Shown here piece after piece: positions 6,965 to 15,962 of a DNA stretch of 28,093 nucleotides. The translations under genes were made by a program, and so were the position numbers. Position 1 is the stretch's first letter, and each line of letters starts with the position of its first letter. The stretch spans positions 1-28,093 of the forward strand of contig JBDREW010000015.1 in NCBI GenBank assembly GCA_043819385.1. The letters are read 5' to 3'. The notes beneath the pieces are model-generated. The model had not been told where the DNA came from. It saw nothing but the letters and a program-made list of their open reading frames with translations, and did not search any database. Source of the DNA: Candidatus Nealsonbacteria bacterium (lineage in GTDB: Bacteria > Patescibacteriota > Minisyncoccia > Minisyncoccales > GWA2-38-27).

Positions 6965-9022
6965 ATGGATAATGAAAAAAAAACAAAAGATATAAAAAGA
7001 GTTTTTTTTGGATTTTTAATCCTCTTTTTTTTATTTTTTACAAATATTGTTTTTGCTTTAGAGGTTGATTATCCATCATTTCCTGGAATACCAGATATCA
7101 ACAATTCAACATCAATGGAAGATATCACTATTTATAGGTTTAGATTTATTATTATAATTTCTGGATTTATAGCTTTATTATCTTTAGTAATAGCTGGAGC
7201 TCGTTATCTTACCTCAACCGGAAAACCAGATAAAATGGCGTCTGCCAAAGAACAAATCTCAAATGCTTTTTTTGGTCTTTTACTTTTATTGTCATCATTC
7301 CTTTTACTTCAAGCCATAAGCCCTAAATTTGTTGAATTAGGAATAACAAAACCAGAAAAAATTGAAACACCAGAAATTATAGAAACATCCGACTTCCCAA
7401 TTCAAGAGTTTAGGTCATCAATATATACTGAAATCCCTTTTGGAAAAATAATTGAACAATATATATTAGAAAATAAAAATACAATTGAAGAAGATAAAAA
7501 AGACAAAAGAAAATCAAGAATGGAAAGAATTTTAGATATTGGAGAAAACTCATTACAACTTGGCGAAAAATTAAAAAAACAAAGTGAAGAATTAAAAGAA
7601 CTTGCTCAAAAATGCGATTGTACTCAATTAAAAACTTGCTGTGAAAATTCTAATCCAGGGCCTGCCTGCACAAGTAATCTTTGTGTTTCAAAACCAGGAT
7701 GTACTGGAGACCCATGTAAAAATTCAAGAGATAATATCCAAAAAAAAGAAAAAGAAAATTTAAAAGCAATGTATGAGGGAACAGAAGTTAAACAAGATGA
7801 TATTTCTGGAAATTCTTCTCAAGTCACAACTAGCTTAAGAACTGAACAAGAAAGGGCTTCCCAAGAAATTCGACTTATAAAATATGAGATAGATAAAATA
7901 GAAAGAGCGGAAACCTTTATGATAGAATGTCCATTATGGTCAATAACAAATTTATCTGATTATTTAGATACAAAAAACTTTTATTTAGAAAAAAAATGGA
8001 GATTTGAGCCAGTTAATTTTTGGTCGGATATAAGGGTAATTGATGATTGGGCAACTGTTTATTGTGCAGTAAGTGGTAATACTTGGGAATCAAATTATCA
8101 AGAATCATCTGGCAAGATAGAAGATCTTTCAAAATCAGTGAAACGATCATATCAAGGATTTTCTAGCGACAAAGAACCAGTCACTTGTACAACTGAAATT
8201 TCAATTGGTGAGCTTATGGATAGAGCCAAAAGAACTGGATATAAATTAGTAGAAAGATTAGAAAAAATTATTGATTTGAATGAACAATTAACAAAAGCTG
8301 TTAATGACCTTCATACATTAGTAAGTCAATGCTCATCTCTCGGACCATCCGCTGATCCTCCACGAGCAGGTTGTTTTTCTCAATGCCATAAAACAATTCT
8401 TAACGCTTGTATTAAACAATGTATAGGTTTAGCTCCAGGATGGCAAGGACCTTGCCCAGCTCAAAAAATTGAAGAAAAAATTAAAGAAATTAAAGATATT
8501 GTAGAAGGAGTTCCAAACCAACCAGCTGAAAATGAAGAAAAAAAGGAAAAAGAAGGGATAAAAGATGTACTTGAAGCCAAGAAAAAAACAAAAAAAGAAG
8601 CTATTGAAGATAACGCAACAAGAGAACAAATAGGTATAAAACCAATTGTCAATGAAGTTGTTCCAAAAATAATTGAAGATTTGGCTGGAATGGTCAGAAA
8701 TCCTATTAAAAAATGTGTTTCTGGATTTACAGGGATAAGTCAAGTATTAAGCTGTAGCAATAGTATTAATGGAATAGGGCCAGAAGATAAATTAATTAAA
8801 GAATGTTGTTATAACGAAAAATGGTTTCAAGAATGTCTTGGTCAATGTTATTTAGAGGGTCCTAAAAATGAATCATCTGATAATAATTCAACAGGAAAAA
8901 AAGAGGAAAGCGAATATAAAAAATGTTTAAAAAGCTGTCAAGATAAAAAAGCCAAAGAAACTAAAATAGACGCAATATCTGATTGTCTTCATTTAATTAA
9001 TTTCTATTGTTGCTCACCATAA
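6965..9022 (+). CDS. VirB2/TrbC-like pilin-domain protein with long Cys-rich/coiled-coil C-terminal extension (paralog 1, 685 aa)
   Basis: Signal peptide, then LEVDYPSFPG, then a hydrophobic helix ...ISGFIALLSLVIAGARYLTSTGKPDKMASAKEQISNAFFGLLLLL... that aligns with the short pilin at 27067-27501. The C-terminal ~530 aa carry multiple CxxC/CC clusters and Lys/Glu-rich coiled coil. Confidence 0.7.
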   Translation: MDNEKKTKDIKRVFFGFLILFFLFFTNIVFALEVDYPSFPGIPDINNSTSMEDITIYRFRFIIIISGFIALLSLVIAGARYLTSTGKPDKMASAKEQISNAFFGLLLLLSSFLLLQAISPKFVELGITKPEKIETPEIIETSDFPIQEFRSSIYTEIPFGKIIEQYILENKNTIEEDKKDKRKSRMERILDIGENSLQLGEKLKKQSEELKELAQKCDCTQLKTCCENSNPGPACTSNLCVSKPGCTGDPCKNSRDNIQKKEKENLKAMYEGTEVKQDDISGNSSQVTTSLRTEQERASQEIRLIKYEIDKIERAETFMIECPLWSITNLSDYLDTKNFYLEKKWRFEPVNFWSDIRVIDDWATVYCAVSGNTWESNYQESSGKIEDLSKSVKRSYQGFSSDKEPVTCTTEISIGELMDRAKRTGYKLVERLEKIIDLNEQLTKAVNDLHTLVSQCSSLGPSADPPRAGCFSQCHKTILNACIKQCIGLAPGWQGPCPAQKIEEKIKEIKDIVEGVPNQPAENEEKKEKEGIKDVLEAKKKTKKEAIEDNATREQIGIKPIVNEVVPKIIEDLAGMVRNPIKKCVSGFTGISQVLSCSNSINGIGPEDKLIKECCYNEKWFQECLGQCYLEGPKNESSDNNSTGKKEESEYKKCLKSCQDKKAKETKIDAISDCLHLINFYCCSP

Positions 9023-9027
9023 AAAAA

Positions 9028-10626
9028 ATGTTTAAAAAAATCATTATTCTAATATCTGCTTTTTTAATTATTGGTTTTATTTTTGCTCCTATTTCTTATG
9101 CTCTTGAAACTAATTATCCATCAGTCCCCGGAGCTTCACAACCATCAGACCAAACATCTTTACCAGATTTTGTAAAATATATTTTTGTACTTTTAATCGC
9201 TGGATCTGGAATTATTGCTATATTTAGTTTAACAATAGCTGGATTCCGTTATTTAAATTCAGGAGGAAATCCAGAAAAAATAAAGCAAGCAAGAGGTCAA
9301 GTATTATCAGCTTTTTGGGGAATTATGATTTTATTAGGTTCTTGGGTTATTCTAAATATTATCAATCCAAAATTAACTTCTTTAGAATTAGAAGACCCAA
9401 TTCCTGTTCCTGGTGTAGAAATACCTGCTCCTCCAATTTATTCTATTCCTACTTCAGATCTTTTATTAAGAGTAAAATTATTAGTTGAGGCAACAAAAAA
9501 AACTCCTGATTATATAAAAGAAACAGCTAAAAAAATAAAAGAATTAACTGATAAGTGTGATTGTGGAAATACTCAATCCATTTGTGCTTGTGAAAAAGGA
9601 GGACAATCATCATTAGATAAAAAACCATGGGATTATAGTTTAGATAATTACGATACAGATATCTTTTTATTATCTTATGAAAAAAAACCAATAATTATTC
9701 CTAAAACATTTAATGATAGCATAGAACCAATCGGAGCAGGTGGAGAAACTCCATTTGGTGGTGGTGGTATAGAACCAATTGGAGCAGGTGGAGAAACTCC
9801 ATTTGGTGGTGGTATAGAACCAATTGGAGCAGGTGGAGAAACTCCATTTGGCGGTGGTGGTATAGAACCAATTGGAGCAGGTGGAGAAACTCCAGGAGAG
9901 CCTGGAGGAGAGCCTGGAGGAGAATCTGGAGGAGAACCCGAAGGAGAGCCCGAAGAAGGAGGACCAGATCAAAATTTAATTTGTAAACCAAAAACTTGCT
10001 ATATTGGACAATCCTCTAACCCTTGCCCTGACAAAGAAGATATTAAAAAATATGAAAAAGCTCTTATTGACCAAAAAGATATGATTTTCTATTATAAGAA
10101 TAGGGTATATGAAGAAAGAAATGATTTAACCACTGATATAGAACAATTTATAGATAAAGAAATATCTTGGTACGAAGAACAAATACAGGCTGAGGAAAAA
10201 TTAGAGGACTGGGGAGGATTAAAACAAAGAAAAATAGATTTTCTTCAAGAAAGAAAAAGCTGGTTAGAACAAGAAAAAAAATACAAACAAGAATTAATCC
10301 AAGAGCTTGAACAACTTGCTCAAATTATTGAAAAAATAGGAGATCCATCTATAAAAATTCCTCAACTATCAAATCAATGTTTAATAAATGTAAAAACAAA
10401 ATGTCAGGCAAGATGTAAACAAAGCAATGACAATGGATGTATTGATAAAGTAAAAGGGTGCGAACCAGACTCTTGTACGGGAGGAAATCCATGTTCAACT
10501 GGTGAGATACAATCTGAAATAAGTAAAATTGAACAAATTTCTCAAGAAATCAAAAGTAAATGTGATCAAATAATTTCTACTATAAACAATATAGAAAAAG
10601 AAAAAACTCCAACTAAAACGCTTTAA
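9028..10626 (+). CDS. VirB2/TrbC-like pilin-domain protein with repeat-containing Cys-rich extension (paralog 2)
   Basis: Same N-terminal architecture (ALETNYPSVPG, LPDFVKYIFVLLIAGSGIIAIFSLTIAGFRYLNSGGNPEKIKQARGQVLSAFWGIMILLGSWVILNIINP). The track start at 9007 is TTG; ATG at 9028 is more likely. Contains tandem IEPIGAGGETPFGGGG and GEPGG repeats and Cys clusters. Confidence 0.7.
   Translation: MFKKIIILISAFLIIGFIFAPISYALETNYPSVPGASQPSDQTSLPDFVKYIFVLLIAGSGIIAIFSLTIAGFRYLNSGGNPEKIKQARGQVLSAFWGIMILLGSWVILNIINPKLTSLELEDPIPVPGVEIPAPPIYSIPTSDLLLRVKLLVEATKKTPDYIKETAKKIKELTDKCDCGNTQSICACEKGGQSSLDKKPWDYSLDNYDTDIFLLSYEKKPIIIPKTFNDSIEPIGAGGETPFGGGGIEPIGAGGETPFGGGIEPIGAGGETPFGGGGIEPIGAGGETPGEPGGEPGGESGGEPEGEPEEGGPDQNLICKPKTCYIGQSSNPCPDKEDIKKYEKALIDQKDMIFYYKNRVYEERNDLTTDIEQFIDKEISWYEEQIQAEEKLEDWGGLKQRKIDFLQERKSWLEQEKKYKQELIQELEQLAQIIEKIGDPSIKIPQLSNQCLINVKTKCQARCKQSNDNGCIDKVKGCEPDSCTGGNPCSTGEIQSEISKIEQISQEIKSKCDQIISTINNIEKEKTPTKTL
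9715..9960 (+). repeat. intragenic tandem repeats: 48/45-nt unit x4 (IEPIGAGGETPFGG(G)G) followed by 12-15-nt GGAGAGCCTGGA-type units
   Basis: Direct near-identical nucleotide repeats visible at 9721-9900. They are GC-richer than the flanks. Confidence 0.85.
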
Positions 10627-10632
10627 TTTTTT

Positions 10633-11862
10633 ATGAAAAAAAACATTATTTTATTATTAATATTTCCTTTAATTCTGATTTTATTTTTTCCGTTAATTGT
10701 AAATGGACAAGGAACGGAACCACGTGCCTTAGAGCTTGAATATCCTTCTTTTCCACCCGAAGCTTCTGCGCCGACAAGCACTACATCTTTACCAGATTTT
10801 GTAAAATATATTTTTGTTTTTGCCATAATTATTTCTGGCTTTATCGCATTATTAGTTATTGTTTATGCTGGTTTTGAATACACGGCCTCAATAGGATCTC
10901 CTAACAAAATACAAAGTGCAAAAGATAAAATAAATGGTGCTATTATAGGTTTATTAATATTAGCTGTTTCTTGGTTAATTCTTGATACTATCAATCCTCA
11001 ATTAGTTATTTTCCGATTGCCAAGCGAATTGCCATCTGCTATCCCTGATATAAGTCCTGGAGTTTATTTATGTTCTCAAAGAGTAGATATTTTAGGATTT
11101 TGGCAAAAAAGACAACAAGCTGAACGCGAAGAAGGAACAACCCAAAAACAAACATTTCAAGAATTAACAGGAATACTAAAAACAATAGAACAATATTGTG
11201 CTCCAACTAACCCAGTTCAAACATCAGGAGATATTAGCTCAGATATTGAAGATAAAATTCAATATGTTTATCTTGTACCATCTTTCAGGGAAGCCCAATA
11301 TGGAGCAATCCTTTATGAAGAAAGAGGATTTCAAGGTAAAAGTAGCGTATTTTACGGAACATCAACAGGATCAGGAGGAGTTTCTACATTAGATAAACCA
11401 ACTGAATGGCCTGTACGGAACATTCAAGCATCTTCAGCACGAGTTTTTATACTTAACTTTAATCCAGCTCCATCATGGGAAGCAAGATTATTTGAATTAG
11501 TCCACTTTAATAGAGACGACATAAAAGGAAAAAAAACTCCTGAAGCATGTAAACCAGGAGAACAGGGTTCATCAACGGCAACAGGAAATTGTCAAATACC
11601 TAAAAATAAAGATAATAAAAATGAAGTTGGATCAGTAAATATTGAAGGTAGTATGTTTGTTATATTTTTAAAAGAAGGGGGTGATTGGACAAGCTCATCA
11701 GATAATTATATCCAAGCAAATCCAGGCAATACTGATTTAAACAATACAGTAATGGGCACATGGAAAAGAGAAGAATGTGTTGAAAAAAGAGAACCAGAAC
11801 TACGAGATAGATATTATCCATGTGCTGAAAGGGGAGTTGTTGTGGGTGCAGATTTTTATTAA
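10633..11862 (+). CDS. VirB2/TrbC-like pilin-domain protein with globular C-terminal extension (paralog 3, 409 aa)
   Basis: LELEYPSFPPE, LPDFVKYIFVFAIIISGFIALLVIVYAGFEYTASIGSPNKIQSAKDKINGAIIGLLILAVSWLILDTINPQL, then ~280 aa with scattered Cys. Confidence 0.7.
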   Translation: MKKNIILLLIFPLILILFFPLIVNGQGTEPRALELEYPSFPPEASAPTSTTSLPDFVKYIFVFAIIISGFIALLVIVYAGFEYTASIGSPNKIQSAKDKINGAIIGLLILAVSWLILDTINPQLVIFRLPSELPSAIPDISPGVYLCSQRVDILGFWQKRQQAEREEGTTQKQTFQELTGILKTIEQYCAPTNPVQTSGDISSDIEDKIQYVYLVPSFREAQYGAILYEERGFQGKSSVFYGTSTGSGGVSTLDKPTEWPVRNIQASSARVFILNFNPAPSWEARLFELVHFNRDDIKGKKTPEACKPGEQGSSTATGNCQIPKNKDNKNEVGSVNIEGSMFVIFLKEGGDWTSSSDNYIQANPGNTDLNNTVMGTWKREECVEKREPELRDRYYPCAERGVVVGADFY

Positions 11863-11864
11863 AA

Positions 11865-11885
11865 CTCATAACTCATAACTCATAA
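11865..11885 (+). repeat. (CTCATAA)3 heptamer repeat beginning at the stop codon
   Basis: taa-aa-ctcataa-ctcataa-ctcataa-ctt. Confidence 0.7.
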
Positions 11886-11887
11886 CT

Positions 11888-11915
11888 TAAAAAATCCAGC
11901 AAAGCTGGATTTTTG
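11888..11915. terminator. bidirectional rho-independent terminator (aaaaaatccagc-aaa-gctggattttt) between convergent genes
   Basis: 7-bp stem atccagc/gctggat, flanked by an A-run and a T-run. A near-identical hairpin lies at 17118-17145. Confidence 0.7.
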
Positions 11916-11939
11916 ATTAACTAATAACCAAGTTTATTA

Positions 11940-12051
11940 GTTCCAAGTTCCAAGTTCCAAGTTCCAAGTTCCAAGTTCCAAGTTCCAAGTTCCAAGTTCC
12001 AAGTTCCAAGTTCCAAGTTCCAAGTTCCAAGTTCCAAGTTCCAAGTTCCAA
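11940..12051. repeat. (GTTCCAA)16 perfect heptamer microsatellite
   Basis: Sixteen units counted from 11940 to 12051. It ends at the jag stop codon (12053-12055). Confidence 0.95.
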
Positions 12052-12052
12052 G

Positions 12053-12514
12053 TTATGAGATTCTTGGTTTTATAACTAATCTTCTTTCATCTTTTTCTCC
12101 AATACTTTCAGTTATTATATCGCTTCTGTTAGCTAATTCAAGATGAATAATCCTTCGTTCATAAGCGGACATTGGCATTAATATTTTTTCCTGACTTGTT
12201 AAAGCAACATCATTAGCAAAAGTTTTTACTATTTCTTTTAAATACTCAATTTTTTTCTCTTTATAATTATTAATATCAAGATTGATATAAAATGGTTGAT
12301 TGATTTTACGCATTAATACTCTTTTCAAAAGATGCTGAATCTCTGCTAATGTTTGTCCATTTTGACCAATTAAAATTTTTGGATCTCCTGTTCTCATATT
12401 TACAAAAATTGTTTGATCATCTACTTTAAGATTTTCAACGTCCAACTCAAAACTAGTTTTCTGAAAAAACTGATTAACTTCTGATTTAATTGTTTCTAAA
12501 TCATTGAAATCCAT
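12053..12514 (-). CDS. jag: Jag/KhpB RNA-binding protein (KH + R3H domains)
   Basis: R3H signature PMSAYERRIIHLELA...ESIGEKDERRLVI. It lies downstream of yidC, the conserved synteny. Confidence 0.8.
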   Translation of the reverse strand: MDFNDLETIKSEVNQFFQKTSFELDVENLKVDDQTIFVNMRTGDPKILIGQNGQTLAEIQHLLKRVLMRKINQPFYINLDINNYKEKKIEYLKEIVKTFANDVALTSQEKILMPMSAYERRIIHLELANRSDIITESIGEKDERRLVIKPRIS

Positions 12515-12527
12515 AATAAATAAAAGA

Positions 12528-13268
12528 TTAATTATTTTTATTTGCTAACTTTTCTTTTTTTAAAAAAAATGTTTGCTGAATAATTGTAAATAAAGTTGTT
12601 ACTACCCAATATAGCCCAATTGCAGAAGGAAGCCTAAAAAGAATTGAAACAGTAAAAACTGGAAGAAAATATTTCATCTGGGTTTGCATAATTTTTGACA
12701 TATCAGGTTTATTTCCTACTGACTTACTATTTTTTCCAACCATATTCATTCCACTCATTTTTACTTGAAAATACTGACCAATACCAGCTAAAACAGCTAA
12801 TATCATATTCGGTTGACTAAGATTTACTATTCCTAAAAACATTGGATTAATCATCTCTGGAGAGGGAACAAAGCTATAAAGCAACGTCATTTGCTCTGGA
12901 TTTAGACCCTGCCAAAATACTCTATAAAGAGCTACCAAAACCGGCAATTGAACCAAAAGAAGCAATATTCCTGAAAAAGGACTTACTTTTTCTTTTTTAT
13001 AAAGAGCCATTATCTCTCGTGCTTGTACTTCCCTATTGTCTTTATATTTTTCCTGAACTTCTTTTACTTTTGGTTGTAATTCTGAAAGAGCTTTTTGAGA
13101 TTTTATTGCTTTATTTCCTAATGGATAAAATACAAACTTAATTAATATAGTTAAAGCAATTATTGCTATTCCAAAATCATGACCAGGAATATACTGATAA
13201 AGTAAAATCAATGCATTAAACAATGGCTGATATAAAAACGTATTAAAAATATCTACTATAAAACCCAT
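12528..13268 (-). CDS. yidC: YidC/Oxa1-family membrane protein insertase
   Basis: 246 aa polytopic protein with conserved YidC core motifs. Synteny rnpA-yidC-jag. Confidence 0.85.
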   Translation of the reverse strand: MGFIVDIFNTFLYQPLFNALILLYQYIPGHDFGIAIIALTILIKFVFYPLGNKAIKSQKALSELQPKVKEVQEKYKDNREVQAREIMALYKKEKVSPFSGILLLLVQLPVLVALYRVFWQGLNPEQMTLLYSFVPSPEMINPMFLGIVNLSQPNMILAVLAGIGQYFQVKMSGMNMVGKNSKSVGNKPDMSKIMQTQMKYFLPVFTVSILFRLPSAIGLYWVVTTLFTIIQQTFFLKKEKLANKNN

Positions 13269-13368
13269 AAAAATTCAATTTACAATTTTCAATTTACAAT
13301 CAATTAACCAATGTTTCAATTTTCAAACAGCTTATAAGAATACCTGTTTTTATTAAAAATTGTTTCAT

Positions 13369-13400
13369 TCCTGCCCGCATTGCTATACAAAGCGTTGCAG
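13369..13400. repeat. degenerate GC-rich hairpin (cctgcccgcattgcta...agcgttgcagacgg), related to 25822-25860
   Basis: Shares CCTGCCCGCAT(C/T)GCTA..AAGCGTTGC with the copy upstream of comM. Confidence 0.4.
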
Positions 13401-13434
13401 ACGGAAAAAATTAAACTGAAATTAAAAATTAAAA

Positions 13435-13776
13435 TTATTTTATTATTCCTGCTTTTTTAAACAACTTATTTATTTTTTCTTCAAGTTCCCAAAAATCATT
13501 TATCTCCAATCCTGGCCTAACTATTATGACACTATCAATCCCCTTTTCAATTATAGACAATTTTGTTTTAGTTAATGCTTTCAATCTTCTTCTAATTTTA
13601 TTCCTTACAATTGCTTTTTTAGAAACTTTATTACTAACTACAAAACCAAATCTACTATCCTCTAAATCATTTTTTATAAATTTTAAAAATAAAAAATCTT
13701 CTTTATATGCTTTGCCTTTTTTAAAAACTTTTTCAAAGTCAGTTTTCTTTTTTAATCTATTTTTTTCAGAAAGCAT
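13435..13776 (-). CDS. rnpA: ribonuclease P protein component
   Basis: 113 aa basic protein with FGFVVSNKVSKKAIVRNKIRRRLK. Downstream of rpmH. Confidence 0.8.
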   Translation of the reverse strand: MLSEKNRLKKKTDFEKVFKKGKAYKEDFLFLKFIKNDLEDSRFGFVVSNKVSKKAIVRNKIRRRLKALTKTKLSIIEKGIDSVIIVRPGLEINDFWELEEKINKLFKKAGIIK

Positions 13777-13869
13777 AAGCTTGATACTAATAAATTATTG
13801 ATATTGATTTATATAATTAGTATACTTTTTTCTATTTTTATTTATAAACAAACAAGTATAATTTAATTA

Positions 13870-14004
13870 CTATACTGTAAGTTTTTTTCTTCCTTTCAAT
13901 CTTCTTCTAGATAAAACTCTTCTCCCAGACTTTGTTCTTTGTCTAAGAGTAAATCCATGTGCCCTTTTTCTTTTTCTCTTTTTTGGTTGGTATGTAATTG
14001 ACAT
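13870..14004 (-). CDS. rpmH: 50S ribosomal protein L34
   Basis: Manual translation gives [44 protein letters not shown] (44 aa). It is absent from the ORF track because it is under 60 aa. Confidence 0.85.
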   Translation of the reverse strand: MSITYQPKKRKRKRAHGFTLRQRTKSGRRVLSRRRLKGRKKLTV

Positions 14005-14357
14005 AATTTGAATTAAAATGCAAAGATTAAAATGCAAAATAATAATTTAATAATTAAAGATTAAGCTCATTTTTAAATTCAATTATTAGTATAATATTAA
14101 AATTTATTTTAGTCAATATTTTAACTAACATTCGGTTAACAAGTTATTCACAGGTTGTTAACAAAATGTGGATTTTGTCTATAGTTTGCTTCTAATTTCT
14201 GATATGATACAATATAAAAACATAACCAAAGTATGCAAAAAGCCACAATATAATTTTACATTAACAAATAAAGATTTAAATAAATAAAGAACCCTATTGC
14301 AAGTGATAGGATATTATAAGAGACATAAAAGAAATTAAGTTCTTCATTTAAAAAATT
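14005..14357. promoter_or_regulatory. putative oriC / divergent promoter region upstream of dnaA with DnaA-box-like 9-mers
   Basis: TTATTCACA at 14144-14152. TGTGGATTT at 14167-14175 is the reverse complement of AAATCCACA. The region is AT-rich and lies between divergent rpmH and dnaA. Confidence 0.5.
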
Positions 14358-15704
14358 ATGACTAACCAAGAATTATGGCAAACTGTTCTTGCCCAAATTC
14401 AACTTAATATTTCTCAAGCAAATTTTGCTACTTGGTTTAAAAATACTAAGATTACTTCATATAAAGAAGGCAAAATAAATGTTTCTGTTCCAAATTCTTT
14501 TGTCAAAGAATGGTTAGAAAATAAATATCACCAAAATATTTTTAAAATTCTACATAATTTAGATTGTAATATTAAAGAAATTTTATACCTTGTTGGTAAA
14601 GTAAATTCAATAATAGAACAAAAGCCAATCATTATGCCAGAAAATGATCAACTTGAATTTCAAGAATTTAAAATAAATAAAGAAACAAACCTTAATCCAA
14701 AATATGTATTTGAATCTCTTGTTGTCGGACCATTTAATGAATTACCTCATGCCGCGGCTACTGCAATCTGTGAAAATCCTGGATTTATTTATAACCCACT
14801 CTTTATTTATGGAGGGGTTGGATTAGGAAAAACCCATCTTTTACAAGCAATAGGCAATGAGGTTTTAAGAAAGTTTAAAAGAAAAAAAATAAGATATATT
14901 CCTTCAGAAAAATTTACTTCAGAAGTTGTTCAATCAATTAAAAATCATACAATAGATGCTTTTAAATCAAAATATAAGGCGATTGATGTTTTAATTATTG
15001 ATGATGTTCAATTTTTAGCTGGAAAAGAAAAAACTCAAGAAGAATTTTTTCATATTTTTAATGTCTTATATGAAAATAATAAACAAATTATAATTTCATC
15101 TGATTGCCCTCCAAAATCCATTAACTCTTTAGCCGAAAGATTAAGATCAAGATTCGAAGGTGGTATGATAGTTGATATTAGTAGTCCTGATACAGAAACA
15201 AGAACAGCTATTTTAAAAACAAAAGCTCAAGAAAAAAATGTTTCTTTTTCTGAAGAAGTTTTTCAATATATTGCTTCTACAATCCAAAAAAATATTAGAG
15301 AATTAGAGGGAGCTATTAATCGTTTGATTATTTACCAAAAACTAAATAATCAAGAACCAGATATTAATGTTGTAAAAAATCTTTTAAAAAATGTTCTTTC
15401 TTCTCCTTCAAAAATGGTAACTCCTAGATTAATAATCCAAAAAGTAGCTGAATTTTATGATTTAAAAGAAAAAGATCTTTTAGATTCATCAAGAAAAAAA
15501 GAAATTGTAAAACCAAGACAAATAGCAATGTATATATTAAGAGAAGAATTAAAAAGTTCTTTTCCATTTATTGGCAGAAAATTTGGTGGAAAAGATCACA
15601 CAACAGCTATTCATTCTTATAAAAAAATAGTTAATGAAATTGAAAAAGATCAAAGGTTAGCAGAAGAAATATCTTTAATGAAAGACAGAATATTTAATTC
15701 TTAA
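14358..15704 (+). CDS. dnaA: chromosomal replication initiator DnaA
   Basis: AAA+ Walker A GGVGLGKTHLL, DnaA domain IV. 448 aa. Confidence 0.95.
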   Translation: MTNQELWQTVLAQIQLNISQANFATWFKNTKITSYKEGKINVSVPNSFVKEWLENKYHQNIFKILHNLDCNIKEILYLVGKVNSIIEQKPIIMPENDQLEFQEFKINKETNLNPKYVFESLVVGPFNELPHAAATAICENPGFIYNPLFIYGGVGLGKTHLLQAIGNEVLRKFKRKKIRYIPSEKFTSEVVQSIKNHTIDAFKSKYKAIDVLIIDDVQFLAGKEKTQEEFFHIFNVLYENNKQIIISSDCPPKSINSLAERLRSRFEGGMIVDISSPDTETRTAILKTKAQEKNVSFSEEVFQYIASTIQKNIRELEGAINRLIIYQKLNNQEPDINVVKNLLKNVLSSPSKMVTPRLIIQKVAEFYDLKEKDLLDSSRKKEIVKPRQIAMYILREELKSSFPFIGRKFGGKDHTTAIHSYKKIVNEIEKDQRLAEEISLMKDRIFNS

Positions 15705-15962
15705 TCATTAAATCTTACTTTATAAAGATGTGGAAAATATGTTAATAAATATGTTATTAAATTGTAAACTAAATTAGGGATAAAAAATGAATAAAGTTAT
15801 ATGATTAATTATCCACAACTTTATTTACTATTTCTTAACAAAAAATTCACCAGTTATTCCCCAAATAGAATGAGCTTAAAATAAAAGTTGTCCCCAACAC
15901 TAATAATAGTAATAAGTTAATTAAATAATTAATATAATTATTAAAAAAAGAAAATAATAAAT
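15705..15962. promoter_or_regulatory. dnaA-dnaN intergenic AT-rich region with perfect DnaA box TTATCCACA (15809-15817); candidate oriC/DUE
   Basis: Perfect consensus 9-mer plus TTTTCCACA-like box (reverse complement of atgtggaaa ~15728). Confidence 0.5.

Noticed and set aside
8429-8743. Antisense ORFs inside the pilin-fusion genes (8429-8743, 8461-8652, 9670-9972, 9710-9991, 10623-10826, 11198-11392, 11660-11869)
   Set aside because: They lie entirely within longer, well-supported sense ORFs. Their low-complexity Phe/Leu-rich translations are typical of antisense AT-rich and Lys-codon-rich DNA.
11940-12051. Tandem repeat array considered as a possible CRISPR array
   Set aside because: It is a perfect 7-bp microsatellite with no unique spacers and no cas genes. 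The other repeat families are palindromes dispersed singly, not arrays of spaced direct repeats.
13526-13801. 91-aa plus-strand ORF antisense to rnpA
   Set aside because: rnpA on the minus strand has clear homology and conserved synteny. The plus ORF is a low-complexity antisense artefact.
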